Position numbers and translations under genes: made by a program. The notes beneath the pieces are model-generated. The model made no database searches. It was not told the DNA's origin and saw only the letters and a list, made by a program, of their open reading frames with translations. Shown one piece after another: positions 1 to 9,849 of a stretch of DNA of 64,000 nt (position 1 is the first letter of the stretch; every line of letters begins with the position of its first letter). The DNA comes from an uncultured delta proteobacterium. Its GTDB lineage: Bacteria > Myxococcota_A > UBA9160 > UBA4427. The stretch covers positions 1 to 64,000 of the forward strand of contig CAWGJT010000013.1 of NCBI GenBank assembly GCA_963822965.1, written 5' to 3'.

Positions 1-607
1 GTCCCGGATCAGCGCGCCACGGGAGGCGAGGATGCCGGTGACGTTCGAGGCCGAGACGCTGCTTTCCGACGATCGAGCCGGAACCGACGTAGATCCCCGA
101 CTCGGCGTTGTCGTTTGCACGGGATGCGCGAACGTGACTGCTCGTGCCGACGTAGATGCCGTCCCCACCGTTCGCGAGCGCTCGCACGTTCTCGACCTTG
201 GAGTACGACCCCAGTTCCAGCCCCCTCAAAGGCATGTCACGAACCGTTCCGTTCCGGACCGTCAGGTTGGTGGCCCCGGAGCCGTCGATTCCCTTGCCCG
301 AGCCGGTACCGGCACAGGGGTTGAAGATGTAGGTGCAGCGGATGGTGAAGCCGTTGAGATCGAGTGTCACGTCGCTCGCGGTGATCTGGATGATCGTCTC
401 GTTTGCGCCCGTCGAGTAGAGATTGCCGGTGAGGATGTAGCTTCCCGGTCTGTCGATGGTGACCGGAAAGCCGGCCGTATCGCCGGGGGTGACGCCGCCC
501 ACCTGGGCGCGAACGTCGTTGATCTCGACGAGGCCGTCTACCGCCCGGGCGCCCCCGGCAGTCAAGGTCAGCAGGCAGATGATCAGCACGGGCGTGCTCG
601 AGCGCAT
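1..607 (-). CDS. Secreted right-handed parallel beta-helix protein, 3' end outside window, apparent frameshift at ~66-67
   Basis: Not in ORF track. Manual translation from ATG 607: MRSSTPVLIICLLTLTAGGARAVDGLVEIND...GFPVTIDRPGSYILTGNL...ITASDVTLDLNGFTI...NGGDGIYVG...NDNAESGIYVG (signal peptide + beta-helix repeats). Near position 67 the repeat pattern continues in another frame (ESSVSASNVTGILASRGALIRD). Confidence 0.75.
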   Translation of the reverse strand, partial: MRSSTPVLIICLLTLTAGGARAVDGLVEINDVRAQVGGVTPGDTAGFPVTIDRPGSYILTGNLYSTGANETIIQITASDVTLDLNGFTIRCTYIFNPCAGTGSGKGIDGSGATNLTVRNGTVRDMPLRGLELGSYSKVENVRALANGGDGIYVGTSSHVRASRANDNAESGIYVGSGSIVGKQRLGLERHRHPRLPWRADPG

Positions 608-1020
608 GGACCGACTCCTTCCTTCTTCCGTTCAGCGCGACCGCTTCAGCCGCTTCGCTCTCGACGGACGCTTCCAAGCGACATATCTCGCGACCCATTG
701 CCCTTGTGGGAAAAAATGTGGTTCTGCGACCCCGGTCCGGGCTGCCGCGGGTCCCTGCCGCCACCGGGCGCCGCCCAGTACGCCTTCGTCGCCACGGTCA
801 CCGAGGTGCAGGCCGGGAGCCAGCCGGGGCAGTGGGAGCTCGACTACCAGGTGGGCCAGACGATCCAGGGGACGGTGGGCTTCGACGCCACGCTGACCCC
901 TTCGGGCTTCACGAATTCGAGCATGACGACGAGCGTCTTCCTCCACGCGACGACGTATGCGTCCGGGATCACTCTCCCGTACGTCTCGGTGGACGCTGGC
1001 GCCGCCTATGGTCGCCCCCG

Positions 1021-3690
1021 CTACTCGAAGGACACCCGGACCGTGCGGTCGGCGGTGAGCGTCACGCGGCACACCGGGCTCGGATCTCCGGGGAACTGCG
1101 AGTCGCAGTCTCCCACGCGCCAGTGGCTGAAGAAGAAGCCCTCGGCCTGGAAGGGGTAGAGATCGACGGTCGTGCCCGTGGGCACGGTGAGCGTGCACGG
1201 CGAGGGCGTGGACGCCGCACCGGAGAAGCTGCAGGAGAGCAGTCCGTCCGTCGTGATCACCGTGCCGTCGCCGCCCCCGTCGGGCACGACCGTGACGGTC
1301 GCGGTGTCGCCGGCGGGCGGCACGACCTGGACCACCACCGAGCGGGTGCCGGTCAGCCCGTCGGTGCCCGTCACGCGGAGGCGAACCCGCCTCTCTCCCG
1401 CGCTCGGGAACACGTGGTCCACCACGGGACCGGTCGCGTCGAAGGTGCCGTCGTCTTCGAAATCCCACTCGTAGCGGGCGATCTCGGCCAGCTGTTCGGC
1501 CTCGAAGTGTGCGGTCTCGCCCGCCGTGACCGACTCGGGGAAGACCTGGATGACGGCGGGCGGACCACGGTCGACGACGACCTCGACGACCGTCTCGCCC
1601 ATGCCGCCGAGCTCGTCGGTGACCCGGAGCTTGACGGGGAAGGTGCCCGTCGTGTCGGAGCTGAAGAAGAGGCTGTCGCCGCTGTCGTCGATGATGCCGT
1701 CGCTCTCGAAGTCCCACTCATAGCTCACGATCTCGCCGTCGCGGTCCGAGCTGGCCCGCGCGTCGAGGTCGACCAGGAAGCCCGGCGAGACGGGGTTTGG
1801 ATCCGCGGTGAAGGTCGCGACCGGGAGCGCGTTGAAGTGCGCGACGCAGCTGCGGCTGCGGTCCAGCGTGACGGAGGTCGTGGGGTCGGTGCCGGTGCAG
1901 CTGCCCCCCCAGCTCACGAAAGCACCGTCGTCCCCGGCCACTGCGTCCAAGATCACCACCTCGTCCACCGGGAAGCGCGCCGTGCAGGCCGGACCCGAGC
2001 AGTCCGCGTCCTGGATTCCGCTCCCCGCGGCCGACACGCGGCCCGGGCCCCGGCTCGCGAGCGTGAGGAGCACGGGACAGCCCGAGCCCAGGGTCGCTTC
2101 GCCGAGCCCCACGACGGGCTGCGCCTCGGCCCGGAAGCCGCCGGCTCCCTGCGCCTGACCGCTCCCGAGCTGGCCCACCGCGTCATCGCCCCAGCTCCAG
2201 ACCTGGCCGCAGGACTCCGCGATGGAGAGCGAGTGGCGTCGTCCCGCGGCGATACCCGCGCTCTGCGGCAAGCGCGTGAGCGGGACGGGGACGCGCTGCA
2301 GGATGCGACCGCTGCCGCCGTCGGGCGTCTGGTTCCCCTCGTCGCTCACCTGTCCGAAGGAGTTGTCGCCCCAGGCGAAGACCCGTCCGTCCTGCTGCAG
2401 CGCCAGCGAGTGCAAGGCGCCCCCGTCGGCCTCCACCACGTTCTGAAGGAAGGGCGGCCGGGTCGGCTGGGCCGCCGGCGTGACGAGGCTGCCGTCCCCG
2501 AGCTGCCCGCTGGTGTTGCGTCCCAGGGCTCCGATGTTGCCGTCGTCGAGCAGCAGCAGCGTGTGGTCGAAGCCGGCCGCGACCCCGACCACCCCGGAGA
2601 CGAAGCCGATGTCGATGGGCGTCCGCTGGGGCGAGCCGACGACGCTGCCCAGCTGGCCGAGACCGCTCGCTCCCCAGCCCCAGGCCGAGCCGTCATCGGC
2701 CAGGGCGAGCGAGAAGTCGTCTCCGGCGGCGATCTCCACCGCATCGACAAAGGGCAGCTGGATCAGCTCCTCGGAGGAGTCCTCGTTGAATCCAGCGAGG
2801 GCGAACCGAGCGTTCGAGCCCCAGGCCTGGATCTGGCCGTCGGCCAGCAACGCCAGGCTGTGTCGCGCACCGGCGGCGATCTCCACGGCATCCTGTACGC
2901 CGCCCTCTCCCCGGGCGGGCCCAGGAACGAGAACGTCCCTGGTGCTCGCGCGCGGATCGATCTGGTCCTCCTCGTTGCTGCCCCAGGCGAAGACCTCCCC
3001 GTCGGCCAGCAGTGCCAGCGAGTGCGCCGCGCCCGCCGCCACTTCGATGGCCGGCCCCGGCAGGCCCGAGACCGGTACGGGCACCGCGCGGTCGACCGTC
3101 GTGCCGTCGCCGAGCTGCCCGTGGTCGTTGCGGCCCCAGGCCCAGACACCGCCGTTCGCGTCGATCGCAAGGGAGTGGTCGTCGCCCGCCGCAAGAGCCG
3201 CAATCGAATCGCTGATCGCCTCCGAGCCGTCGGCCATCACCACCAGGACGAACTCGCGCCGGCGCTCGAAGGTGCCTTCGTCTCGAAAGACCCCGAGCAC
3301 GACCTCGTAGCGGTAGACGCCCGGCAGCGTGTCGGGCGCGGTCTCCACGCGGAGCGCGGCCATCGGGTCGAAGCCTTCACGACGAACCCGGACGACCGCG
3401 TCCTTCGCCTCCGCGCTCTCCGGGAGAGCCGACGTGGAGAAGTCCAGGCTACCCGTGATGTCGCCGGTCGCCGAAAGCGCGGCCACCACGGTGTCTCCGG
3501 GCGCGACGAAGGCGATGGGCGGATCGACTCCGAGGAAGAAGGCGGGCTCGCGCCCGTCGTCCTGCGACTCATCGGAACCGGTCGAGCCGCAGCCCGCCAG
3601 GACCCAGGCCGCGAGGACGAAGACGATCGACAGAAGGAATCCGGCCCGAAGGTCCTGCCGGGAGTTGCCAGTCGCATGGGCTCGACACAT
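1021..3690 (-). CDS. Lipoprotein with RCC1 repeats, InlB B-repeat-like and PKD domains
   Basis: Lipobox VLAGC; repeated AAGxxHSLAL..G.VWAWG.N..GQLG (RCC1); PKD signatures SSDRDGEIVSYEWDFESDG and YEWDFEDDGTFDATG; F.SWGGSC B-repeat-like segments. Confidence 0.88.
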   Translation of the reverse strand: MCRAHATGNSRQDLRAGFLLSIVFVLAAWVLAGCGSTGSDESQDDGREPAFFLGVDPPIAFVAPGDTVVAALSATGDITGSLDFSTSALPESAEAKDAVVRVRREGFDPMAALRVETAPDTLPGVYRYEVVLGVFRDEGTFERRREFVLVVMADGSEAISDSIAALAAGDDHSLAIDANGGVWAWGRNDHGQLGDGTTVDRAVPVPVSGLPGPAIEVAAGAAHSLALLADGEVFAWGSNEEDQIDPRASTRDVLVPGPARGEGGVQDAVEIAAGARHSLALLADGQIQAWGSNARFALAGFNEDSSEELIQLPFVDAVEIAAGDDFSLALADDGSAWGWGASGLGQLGSVVGSPQRTPIDIGFVSGVVGVAAGFDHTLLLLDDGNIGALGRNTSGQLGDGSLVTPAAQPTRPPFLQNVVEADGGALHSLALQQDGRVFAWGDNSFGQVSDEGNQTPDGGSGRILQRVPVPLTRLPQSAGIAAGRRHSLSIAESCGQVWSWGDDAVGQLGSGQAQGAGGFRAEAQPVVGLGEATLGSGCPVLLTLASRGPGRVSAAGSGIQDADCSGPACTARFPVDEVVILDAVAGDDGAFVSWGGSCTGTDPTTSVTLDRSRSCVAHFNALPVATFTADPNPVSPGFLVDLDARASSDRDGEIVSYEWDFESDGIIDDSGDSLFFSSDTTGTFPVKLRVTDELGGMGETVVEVVVDRGPPAVIQVFPESVTAGETAHFEAEQLAEIARYEWDFEDDGTFDATGPVVDHVFPSAGERRVRLRVTGTDGLTGTRSVVVQVVPPAGDTATVTVVPDGGGDGTVITTDGLLSCSFSGAASTPSPCTLTVPTGTTVDLYPFQAEGFFFSHWRVGDCDSQFPGDPSPVCRVTLTADRTVRVSFE

Positions 3691-4098
3691 GTGAGGGTCT
3701 CCTCGCGGTTCGAGGAGTCAGTCTGCCCGGACGTCGGCGGGCGTGCCTTCCCCCATTGAGGGGAGGGAACCGGCCCGGGGAGGGGCGGCACTCCCTCCGA
3801 TGGGCGCGGGAGAAGTGGCGTCCGCAAGATCCACCCAATGCCACGGGCCCTTGGGCATTCATGGCGACCGGCTGGCAGGCGTTCCCGCCAGGCCACGGAC
3901 GCTCGAGGGCGCATGGCGCGCGCGGCTCGTGGCCCCCGCGATGGCATGGTCGGCAGCCAGCGTCCTTCCGGAGTTCCCCGGGTGCGATCCCGACCCGCCC
4001 TCGAGGCGACGGCCCCGCCGAAGAGCACGAGCCACAGGGTGGCGGGACGAGCTGATGCATGAGGTCTGGCCACGCCGTCACTGGAAAGGTGTCGGCTG

Positions 4099-4770
4099 GT
4101 GGATCCGGTGGTGGCGGATACCCGGGACCCGCAGAGCTACAACGCGTATGCGTATGCGCGGAACAACCCGGTGTCGAACGCTGACCCGACGGGCGCGTCC
4201 ATAAACGACAGCTGGTTCGATGGGGTTTTCTACAACGTCGTCGTATATGCAGGTCCGCCCTCAGCCCCCACTGTCTCTCCAACCGACCTCTCTGCGTCTT
4301 CTCCGCCGGGGATCGTGGGGAACAGCGGAGCCATTGGGGCCGCGCTGGGTGCGCTGGGGGCTGCCGGATCAGGCGCAACCGCCACTCCTGGCGTGCCGAG
4401 TACGACCGCAACGCAGACTCCACGAGATGACGAGCCCGACAAGAAACCCGATGACGAGAAGGCGGTGCAGGTTGCGGATGTCAGAGTCAAGCCTTCACCG
4501 GAAGTGAAGAAGGTCCCCCTACTGAAGGCGATCAGGTGGGCCATGGAGAAGGCCGGTCTAGCGGATACCAAGGCAGGCAAGGTGGTGGATGCGGCTGCCA
4601 AGGGAGTCGACTTGCACACGCAAGCCAATGGTACCCTCACCCTCAAGACAAACTACAATGCTGGACAGACTGGAAGTTCGCCACCGCCGCCGGGTCTACC
4701 ACTCAGGCAGCCGCCGTCCGGTGCCATCGGTAGCCAGACTTTCTCCCTTGGGGTCGAGTACCGGTTCTGA
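4099..4770 (+). CDS. Orphan Rhs C-terminal module (end of Rhs core + variable tip)
   Basis: DPVVADTRDPQSYNAYAYARNNPVSNADPTG is the Rhs core terminal motif. No YD repeats or GRF motif upstream in frame. Confidence 0.75.
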   Translation: MDPVVADTRDPQSYNAYAYARNNPVSNADPTGASINDSWFDGVFYNVVVYAGPPSAPTVSPTDLSASSPPGIVGNSGAIGAALGALGAAGSGATATPGVPSTTATQTPRDDEPDKKPDDEKAVQVADVRVKPSPEVKKVPLLKAIRWAMEKAGLADTKAGKVVDAAAKGVDLHTQANGTLTLKTNYNAGQTGSSPPPPGLPLRQPPSGAIGSQTFSLGVEYRF

Positions 4771-4848
4771 CAGACAGTGAGCGACGGCAACCGTGAAGCC
4801 GATACATGAGCCACTTGGCGTGAGGCGCGCGCGTCGCGTCGGTTCGAC

Positions 4849-6171
4849 GTGAGGTTGACGCTTCGGGGTAGGCCTCTGGTCCTCCTCGTGTATGCAGCGC
4901 TCAGCGTTGCATGCGTCTCCCCGCATGCGGAAGTTCCCCGAGGGTCGTGCGGCCGGGGGTGTGAGCGTGCGGTTGCCGGCGTTGCGGAGGTGCCGCTCGA
5001 ATTTCAGCAGGGTCTCCCGATCGTCGAGGTTCACATGGACGGTGTGGATCGACCGATTCGGCTGGTGGTCGACACCGGTGCGCCCACCGTACTGCGGGCG
5101 GCCGTTGCGGCGCGCGTGTCGAAGCGTCCCGATCCGTCGGCGAATCGGGGCGACCCGAAGGACGCGTACGGGCGTCCGATCGCCGTGAATCCCATCTTGA
5201 TCGACCGTCTGTCGATCGGCACGTCGGAATTCGAATCCGTTCCGGCATCGGTGATCCAGACCGCCGTCTTCGATCTGCTCTGTCCGCCGGTAGATGGCCT
5301 GCTCGGAACGCGCGGGCTCTCCGCTTCGTCCGGAATCTTCGAACGAGCCGCCGTCGAGATCGACCGGGATCGAGGACGACTCCGCATCCTCGGGGGCAGC
5401 GTGCCTCGCGGAGATCGCGAAGCTGTCCTTCCGTTGCGTGCATACTGGGTAACGCGAGATGGTGAGAAGATCGATGATACCACCTTCTGGATTCCCATGT
5501 CGCTTCAGGGGTCGTTCGTGTGGGCCGTACTGGACACGGGCGGAGGCGGCATCTCGAAGATGACGGTCGATGTCTTCCGGGCCCTGGGCCACTCGACGAA
5601 CGACGACGATGTCTTCCGCTATGTGGGATCCTATGGCTCATCGGTGGGAGGTTCGAGCCCGTCGCGAGACAGCTGGATCACCTTGATTCGGGACGTTCGG
5701 CTCGGAAAGCTGCAGCTCCCGGTCGTACCGTTTCGGATCGTCGAGGCAGAGAAGGGCGAAGTCCATACCGTCGCGCTGGCCGAGAATCTGCTTCGCGCCT
5801 TCAACATGGTGTTCGATCATCCGCGCGACGAAGTGCATTTGCGGCCACACGGGGCCGCTTTGGGGGAGGCCATGCTGCCCACCCAGCTCGGGTGGGACGT
5901 CCGCGACGGCGAGGTCGTCGTGGTCGGGATGCTCGAGGATGGCGCGGCGCGGAAGGCTGGAATCGCGCTGGGCGATGAGCTGGTGCGAATGGGCGACGCG
6001 GACGTGGACGTCGCCGATCCGCGGTCGGTGTGTGCGGCGCGCCACTGGCGATCGACACCGGGAGATCCGGTCCCGATGCGGCTGCGCCGGAACGGCGTGG
6101 AGTTCGATGTGGCGGTTCCGAAGGCAGAAACCGACGCCTCTCTGGCTCCTTCCGGCCTCTCGAACCGTTGA
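4849..6171 (+). CDS. Lipoprotein with two retropepsin-like aspartyl protease domains and a C-terminal PDZ domain
   Basis: LSVAC lipobox; LVVDTGAP and AVLDTGGG motifs; DGLLG; PDZ-like AARKAGIALGDELVRM. Confidence 0.8.
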   Translation: MRLTLRGRPLVLLVYAALSVACVSPHAEVPRGSCGRGCERAVAGVAEVPLEFQQGLPIVEVHMDGVDRPIRLVVDTGAPTVLRAAVAARVSKRPDPSANRGDPKDAYGRPIAVNPILIDRLSIGTSEFESVPASVIQTAVFDLLCPPVDGLLGTRGLSASSGIFERAAVEIDRDRGRLRILGGSVPRGDREAVLPLRAYWVTRDGEKIDDTTFWIPMSLQGSFVWAVLDTGGGGISKMTVDVFRALGHSTNDDDVFRYVGSYGSSVGGSSPSRDSWITLIRDVRLGKLQLPVVPFRIVEAEKGEVHTVALAENLLRAFNMVFDHPRDEVHLRPHGAALGEAMLPTQLGWDVRDGEVVVVGMLEDGAARKAGIALGDELVRMGDADVDVADPRSVCAARHWRSTPGDPVPMRLRRNGVEFDVAVPKAETDASLAPSGLSNR

Positions 6172-6525
6172 AGCGCGCAACCGCGTGAAGGTCGTAGGGG
6201 TCTGGAAGGACAGATCCACGAGGATCGATGCTCAGGCGGCACGCCGCCGGGATTCGATGGGCACCCGGTCGGGAGCCATCGCGTAGGGGTGGCGCGACGC
6301 CTGGAGGCGCCGCTTACCGCTTCCTGCACACCGCGCCCCCCGAGCAGATATATGTCTTCTCGGCTCGATGAGTTCCTCAGCCACGCGAGCAAGCCCCACA
6401 CCATCACGGCGCGCTTCGCGGTGCAGTCGAAGAACACCGGCGCCTGCGGCCGCCGCACTGCGCAATCCGACATTCCCTGTTCGTGACCGCATCCGTCACT
6501 GCCGTCGTTCAGACTGACGGTTGCG

Positions 6526-8368
6526 ATGGTGGCTTCACAGACAGCGATGCGTGTCGGCCGAGCGTTCGACGATCCCGAGCGTGCGCTCGGCGAGCTGGCA
6601 CGCGCGCGCGGGCCGTTGCGGCGAATCGTCGCGGCGCTGGCGGCGCGCTTCGTCGCGCGGCAGGGGTGGGTGGAGATCGGCTTCTCCCGGCTGGGCGACT
6701 ACGCGCGCGAGCGGCTCGGCGTGTCCGCGCGGTCGCTGCAGGACTGGGCGCGCGTGGGTGAGAAGCTCGGCGGGCTGCCGGCGCTTTCGGGGGGGCTGCC
6801 GGCGCTCGAGGCGGCGCTGGTGTCGGGGCGGCTGTCGTGGTCGAAGGTGCGGATGATCGCGCGCTTCGTCGACGCGGACGAAGAGCGCGAGTGGATCGCG
6901 TATGCGGCAAACGTGTGCGTGAGGCAGCTCGAGCGCGAGCTGCGGGCGGTCGATCGCGGCGCGCTGGAGTCCGGCACGGTCGCGCACGCGCGAACGACCG
7001 ACGACGGGAGCGACGGGGAGGCCGAGCCCGCCGTCTGGCTGCGATTGCGCGTGCCGCGGCGGATGGCCTTCCAGTGGCGGCACGTCTGCCGCTACGCGGC
7101 GAAGGTCGACGGGCAGGAGCTCTCCGACGGCGACGTGCTGGAGCGGGTGACGGCCGAGACGCTCTCGGCGCTGCCGGTGATGCTCGAGCGTGGCGACCCG
7201 GACGACGGGGAGGAGGTCGAGGAGCGGTCGGCGGAGGCCGCGGGTCGCGAGGAGGTCGAGGTGGGTGCGGGGCCGCTCGTCGCGCCGAGCGATGGGTCGG
7301 CCGAGATCCCCGCCTTCCTGTGCCCGCTGCTCGAAGACGTCGACGTCGCCGATCCGTTCGAGCTCGACGCCCGCCTGCGCCGCGCGATCCGCCTCGAGCA
7401 GCGCCTCGACGCCGAGCTCGCGCCGCTGATCCGACAAGTCACGTCGGCCGGGTACGACTGGGAGCGTGGCTACCGCTCGCTCGCCGCGCTGGCGTCGGAG
7501 CTCGGAATGTCGCCCAGCAAGGCGCGGGCGCTGGTGCGGGTGGAGCGGCTGGGCGGGGTGTGCCCCGCGCTGCGCGACGGATTCCGCGACGGGACGCTCT
7601 CGTACGCGCAGGTGCAGACCCTGGCGCCACTGCTCGCGGGCCGGCCCGAGGGCCCGTCAGGCACCGACTGGCGCGCCGCCTGGGTGCGCTTCGCGAAGAC
7701 CGTGACGGTGCGGGCGCTCAAGGAGACGGTCGCACGGGCGCGCCTGGCACGCGACACGGGCGGGGCATTCGAGGAGCATCGCGCAGATCCGGACTTCTTC
7801 GCGCCGGCGAGGTGGGACGACGGGGATCGGCCGGAGACCGGCGAGCAAACGTGTGCGCGAACAGCGGGCAGGGGAAATCGGACCCTACGACTCGGCGAGG
7901 CTCGGGATCGTCGTGGCGGCCGACGTCGCGCGGCTGTTTCGCGCGACGCTGTGCACGGTACGGCGCGCGGTCGAGTCCGATACGGGCCGGCTGCCAGACG
8001 AAGGAGAGGCCTTCGAGGCGATGGTCGACCACGCGCTGGAGAGCTGGGGGGTCGACGAGCGGCAGCTGCGCCGCCAGCTCGGCCGCGTGCGCTTCGGGGT
8101 GTTCGAGCGTGACGGCTGGCGCTGCACGGTTCCGGGCTGCACGGCGCGCCGCAACCTGCACGTCCACCACATCCGGTTCCGCTCGCAGGGGGGAGGCGAC
8201 GAGCCGTGGAACCTGACGACGATGTGCGCGTGCCACCATCTGCGCGGTGTCCACGAGGGGACGGTGACGGTGGGCGGGTGCGCGCCGGACCGGCTGGTCT
8301 TCGAGCTGGGCGTGCGAGCGGGGCACGAGCCGCTGGCCCGCTACCGGTCGGGGGATCGCGTCGTGTAG
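6526..8368 (+). CDS. DUF222-like/HNH endonuclease, frameshifted at ~7866-7868
   Basis: ORF 6526-8112 joins ORF 7853-8368, which carries ERDGWRCTVPGC...HVHHIRFRSQGGGDEPWNLTTMCACHH (HNH). Removing one G from GGG at 7866-7868 fuses them. Confidence 0.8.
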
Positions 8369-9663
8369 ACCGGGCGCATCACGCTGCGCACGTCGGGGAG
8401 GGCGGCGAGCAGCCACAGGGATACGGCGCAGAGGGCGATGCCGGTGGCGAAGAAGGCCGTGAAGGCGGTGGGGTCCACGCCGGGTGCGTCTCCCGGGGCG
8501 CGCAGCACGAGGCCCCAGAGCACCGGTGACAGCCCCTGGAGGCTGCCCGCCGCGGCGCCGAAGATCGCCAGGGCGACCGGACGCTTCTCGGCGGGGGCGA
8601 TCTCCGGCACGAAGGTGAAGTGCGCGGCGTTGGAGATGCCCATGGCGATGCCGGCGATGGCGAACGCTAGGGGAACGAAGGTGAGCCACTCCGTGTGCCC
8701 CGACACGATGCCGAGCCAGTAGGCGAACACGCCGGCGATGGTCACCTGGGCGAGCTGGAAGAAGCGGCGGATCAGCACGCGGTCGATCCAGCGCCGCATC
8801 GCCCAGGTGCCGACGATCTGGCCACCGAACTGCGCGGCCGTGAAGCCCAGGATCTCGCTCGAGGCGATGCCGCCCTCGCTCTTCAGGTAGTAGATCGCGA
8901 AGGCGGTGAACGACGAGCCGACCACGGCGCCGACGCCCGTCAGCACGAGGTACTGGCGGAAGAGCCCCGGGCCCAGGCACAGCCGCAGCACCTCGCCGCC
9001 CATCTCGCGCACCGGGGACGGGGCAGGCGGCGGCCCGGCCGGCAGCCGCGTCAGGTTCCAGACGGCCATCAACGAGCCGAACATGCCGATGCCGTAGACG
9101 ATGGTGAAGGCGCGGTAGGGCGGCAGCGCGGCGAAGAGGCCCGCGCAGGTGAGCAGGGTGACCACGCCGACGCTGCTCGTGACGGCGGCCTCGGTGGCGA
9201 AGAAGCGACCCCGCACCTCGTCGGGCAGGATGCCCGCAAACCACGGCACGTGCGCGGCCACCCCGAAGGCGCGGCAGAAGCAGAAGCCGAACACGCTCCA
9301 TACCACCGCGCCCGCCATCCATTCGGCGGGCGGATCCGCAGCCCGCAGTGCGATGGAGAACGGCACCAGCAGGAAGAAGCCACGCACCGACCACGCCGTC
9401 ACCATCTGCCGCTGGAAGCCCAGGCGCGACAGGCTGGCGGTGGCCAGCACCTGCAGCGGGTACAGCACGAACACGAACGACGAGGCGAGCCCCACCTGGA
9501 ACGCCGACGCTCCGAGATGCTCGAGCAGCAGCACCATGGGGGTGCCGAGGCTCATCATCCAGGTGAGACCGTTGAAGCCGCCGAACCAGTAGCCCGCCCG
9601 GAAGGGCCGCAGCGGGTTTCGCCCCTCGCCCGAGACCGACACCAAGACCGAGACCAAGCCCAA
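8341..9663 (-). CDS. MFS transporter
   Basis: About 12 hydrophobic segments; ILPDEVRGRFF and EIAPAEKR loop motifs; exact start uncertain. Confidence 0.8.
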   Translation of the reverse strand: MGLVSVLVSVSGEGRNPLRPFRAGYWFGGFNGLTWMMSLGTPMVLLLEHLGASAFQVGLASSFVFVLYPLQVLATASLSRLGFQRQMVTAWSVRGFFLLVPFSIALRAADPPAEWMAGAVVWSVFGFCFCRAFGVAAHVPWFAGILPDEVRGRFFATEAAVTSSVGVVTLLTCAGLFAALPPYRAFTIVYGIGMFGSLMAVWNLTRLPAGPPPAPSPVREMGGEVLRLCLGPGLFRQYLVLTGVGAVVGSSFTAFAIYYLKSEGGIASSEILGFTAAQFGGQIVGTWAMRRWIDRVLIRRFFQLAQVTIAGVFAYWLGIVSGHTEWLTFVPLAFAIAGIAMGISNAAHFTFVPEIAPAEKRPVALAIFGAAAGSLQGLSPVLWGLVLRAPGDAPGVDPTAFTAFFATGIALCAVSLWLLAALPDVRSVMRPVYTTRSPDR

Positions 9664-9675
9664 GACGCCCGCCCT

Positions 9676-9849
9676 TCAGAACTCCTGGTAGATGAACACG
9701 TGGGGCCCGCTCGGAGCGAAGACGACGAGCAGCGCCACCGCGCTCGCATAGAGCAGCGCATACAGCACGATCTTCCCGATGCGCCGCGCGCGCTTCGCGG
9801 CGGGCGTCGGCTCCGGGCCGTCAGCCGGCGGGATGGGTTCCGAGGGCAT
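9676..9849 (-). CDS. DltX-like 57-aa single-TM microprotein with C-terminal FIYQEF tyrosine motif
   Basis: Below the ORF-track cutoff. Manual translation MPSEPIPPADGPEPTPAAKRARRIGKIVLYALLYASAVALLVVFAPSGPHVFIYQEF*. AAGGAG lies 7 nt before the ATG. Overlaps the upstream SGNH gene by 29 nt. Confidence 0.85.
   Translation of the reverse strand: MPSEPIPPADGPEPTPAAKRARRIGKIVLYALLYASAVALLVVFAPSGPHVFIYQEF

Noticed and set aside
706..3759. 1017-aa + strand ORF and the many other long Arg/Ala/Pro-rich or antisense ORFs (e.g. 15-17 kb minus, 17885-20872, 18163-20874, 26025-28367)
   Set aside because: Shadow frames of real genes in high-GC DNA, with no domain motifs
6180..6300. Possible transposase or integrase tail (...ESRRRAA*) on the minus strand
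   Set aside because: No catalytic motifs or terminal repeats
6379..6450. SHASKPHTITARFAVQSKNTGACG fragment resembling the end of an InlB B-repeat surface protein
   Set aside because: Too short (~24 codons) to support; no start context
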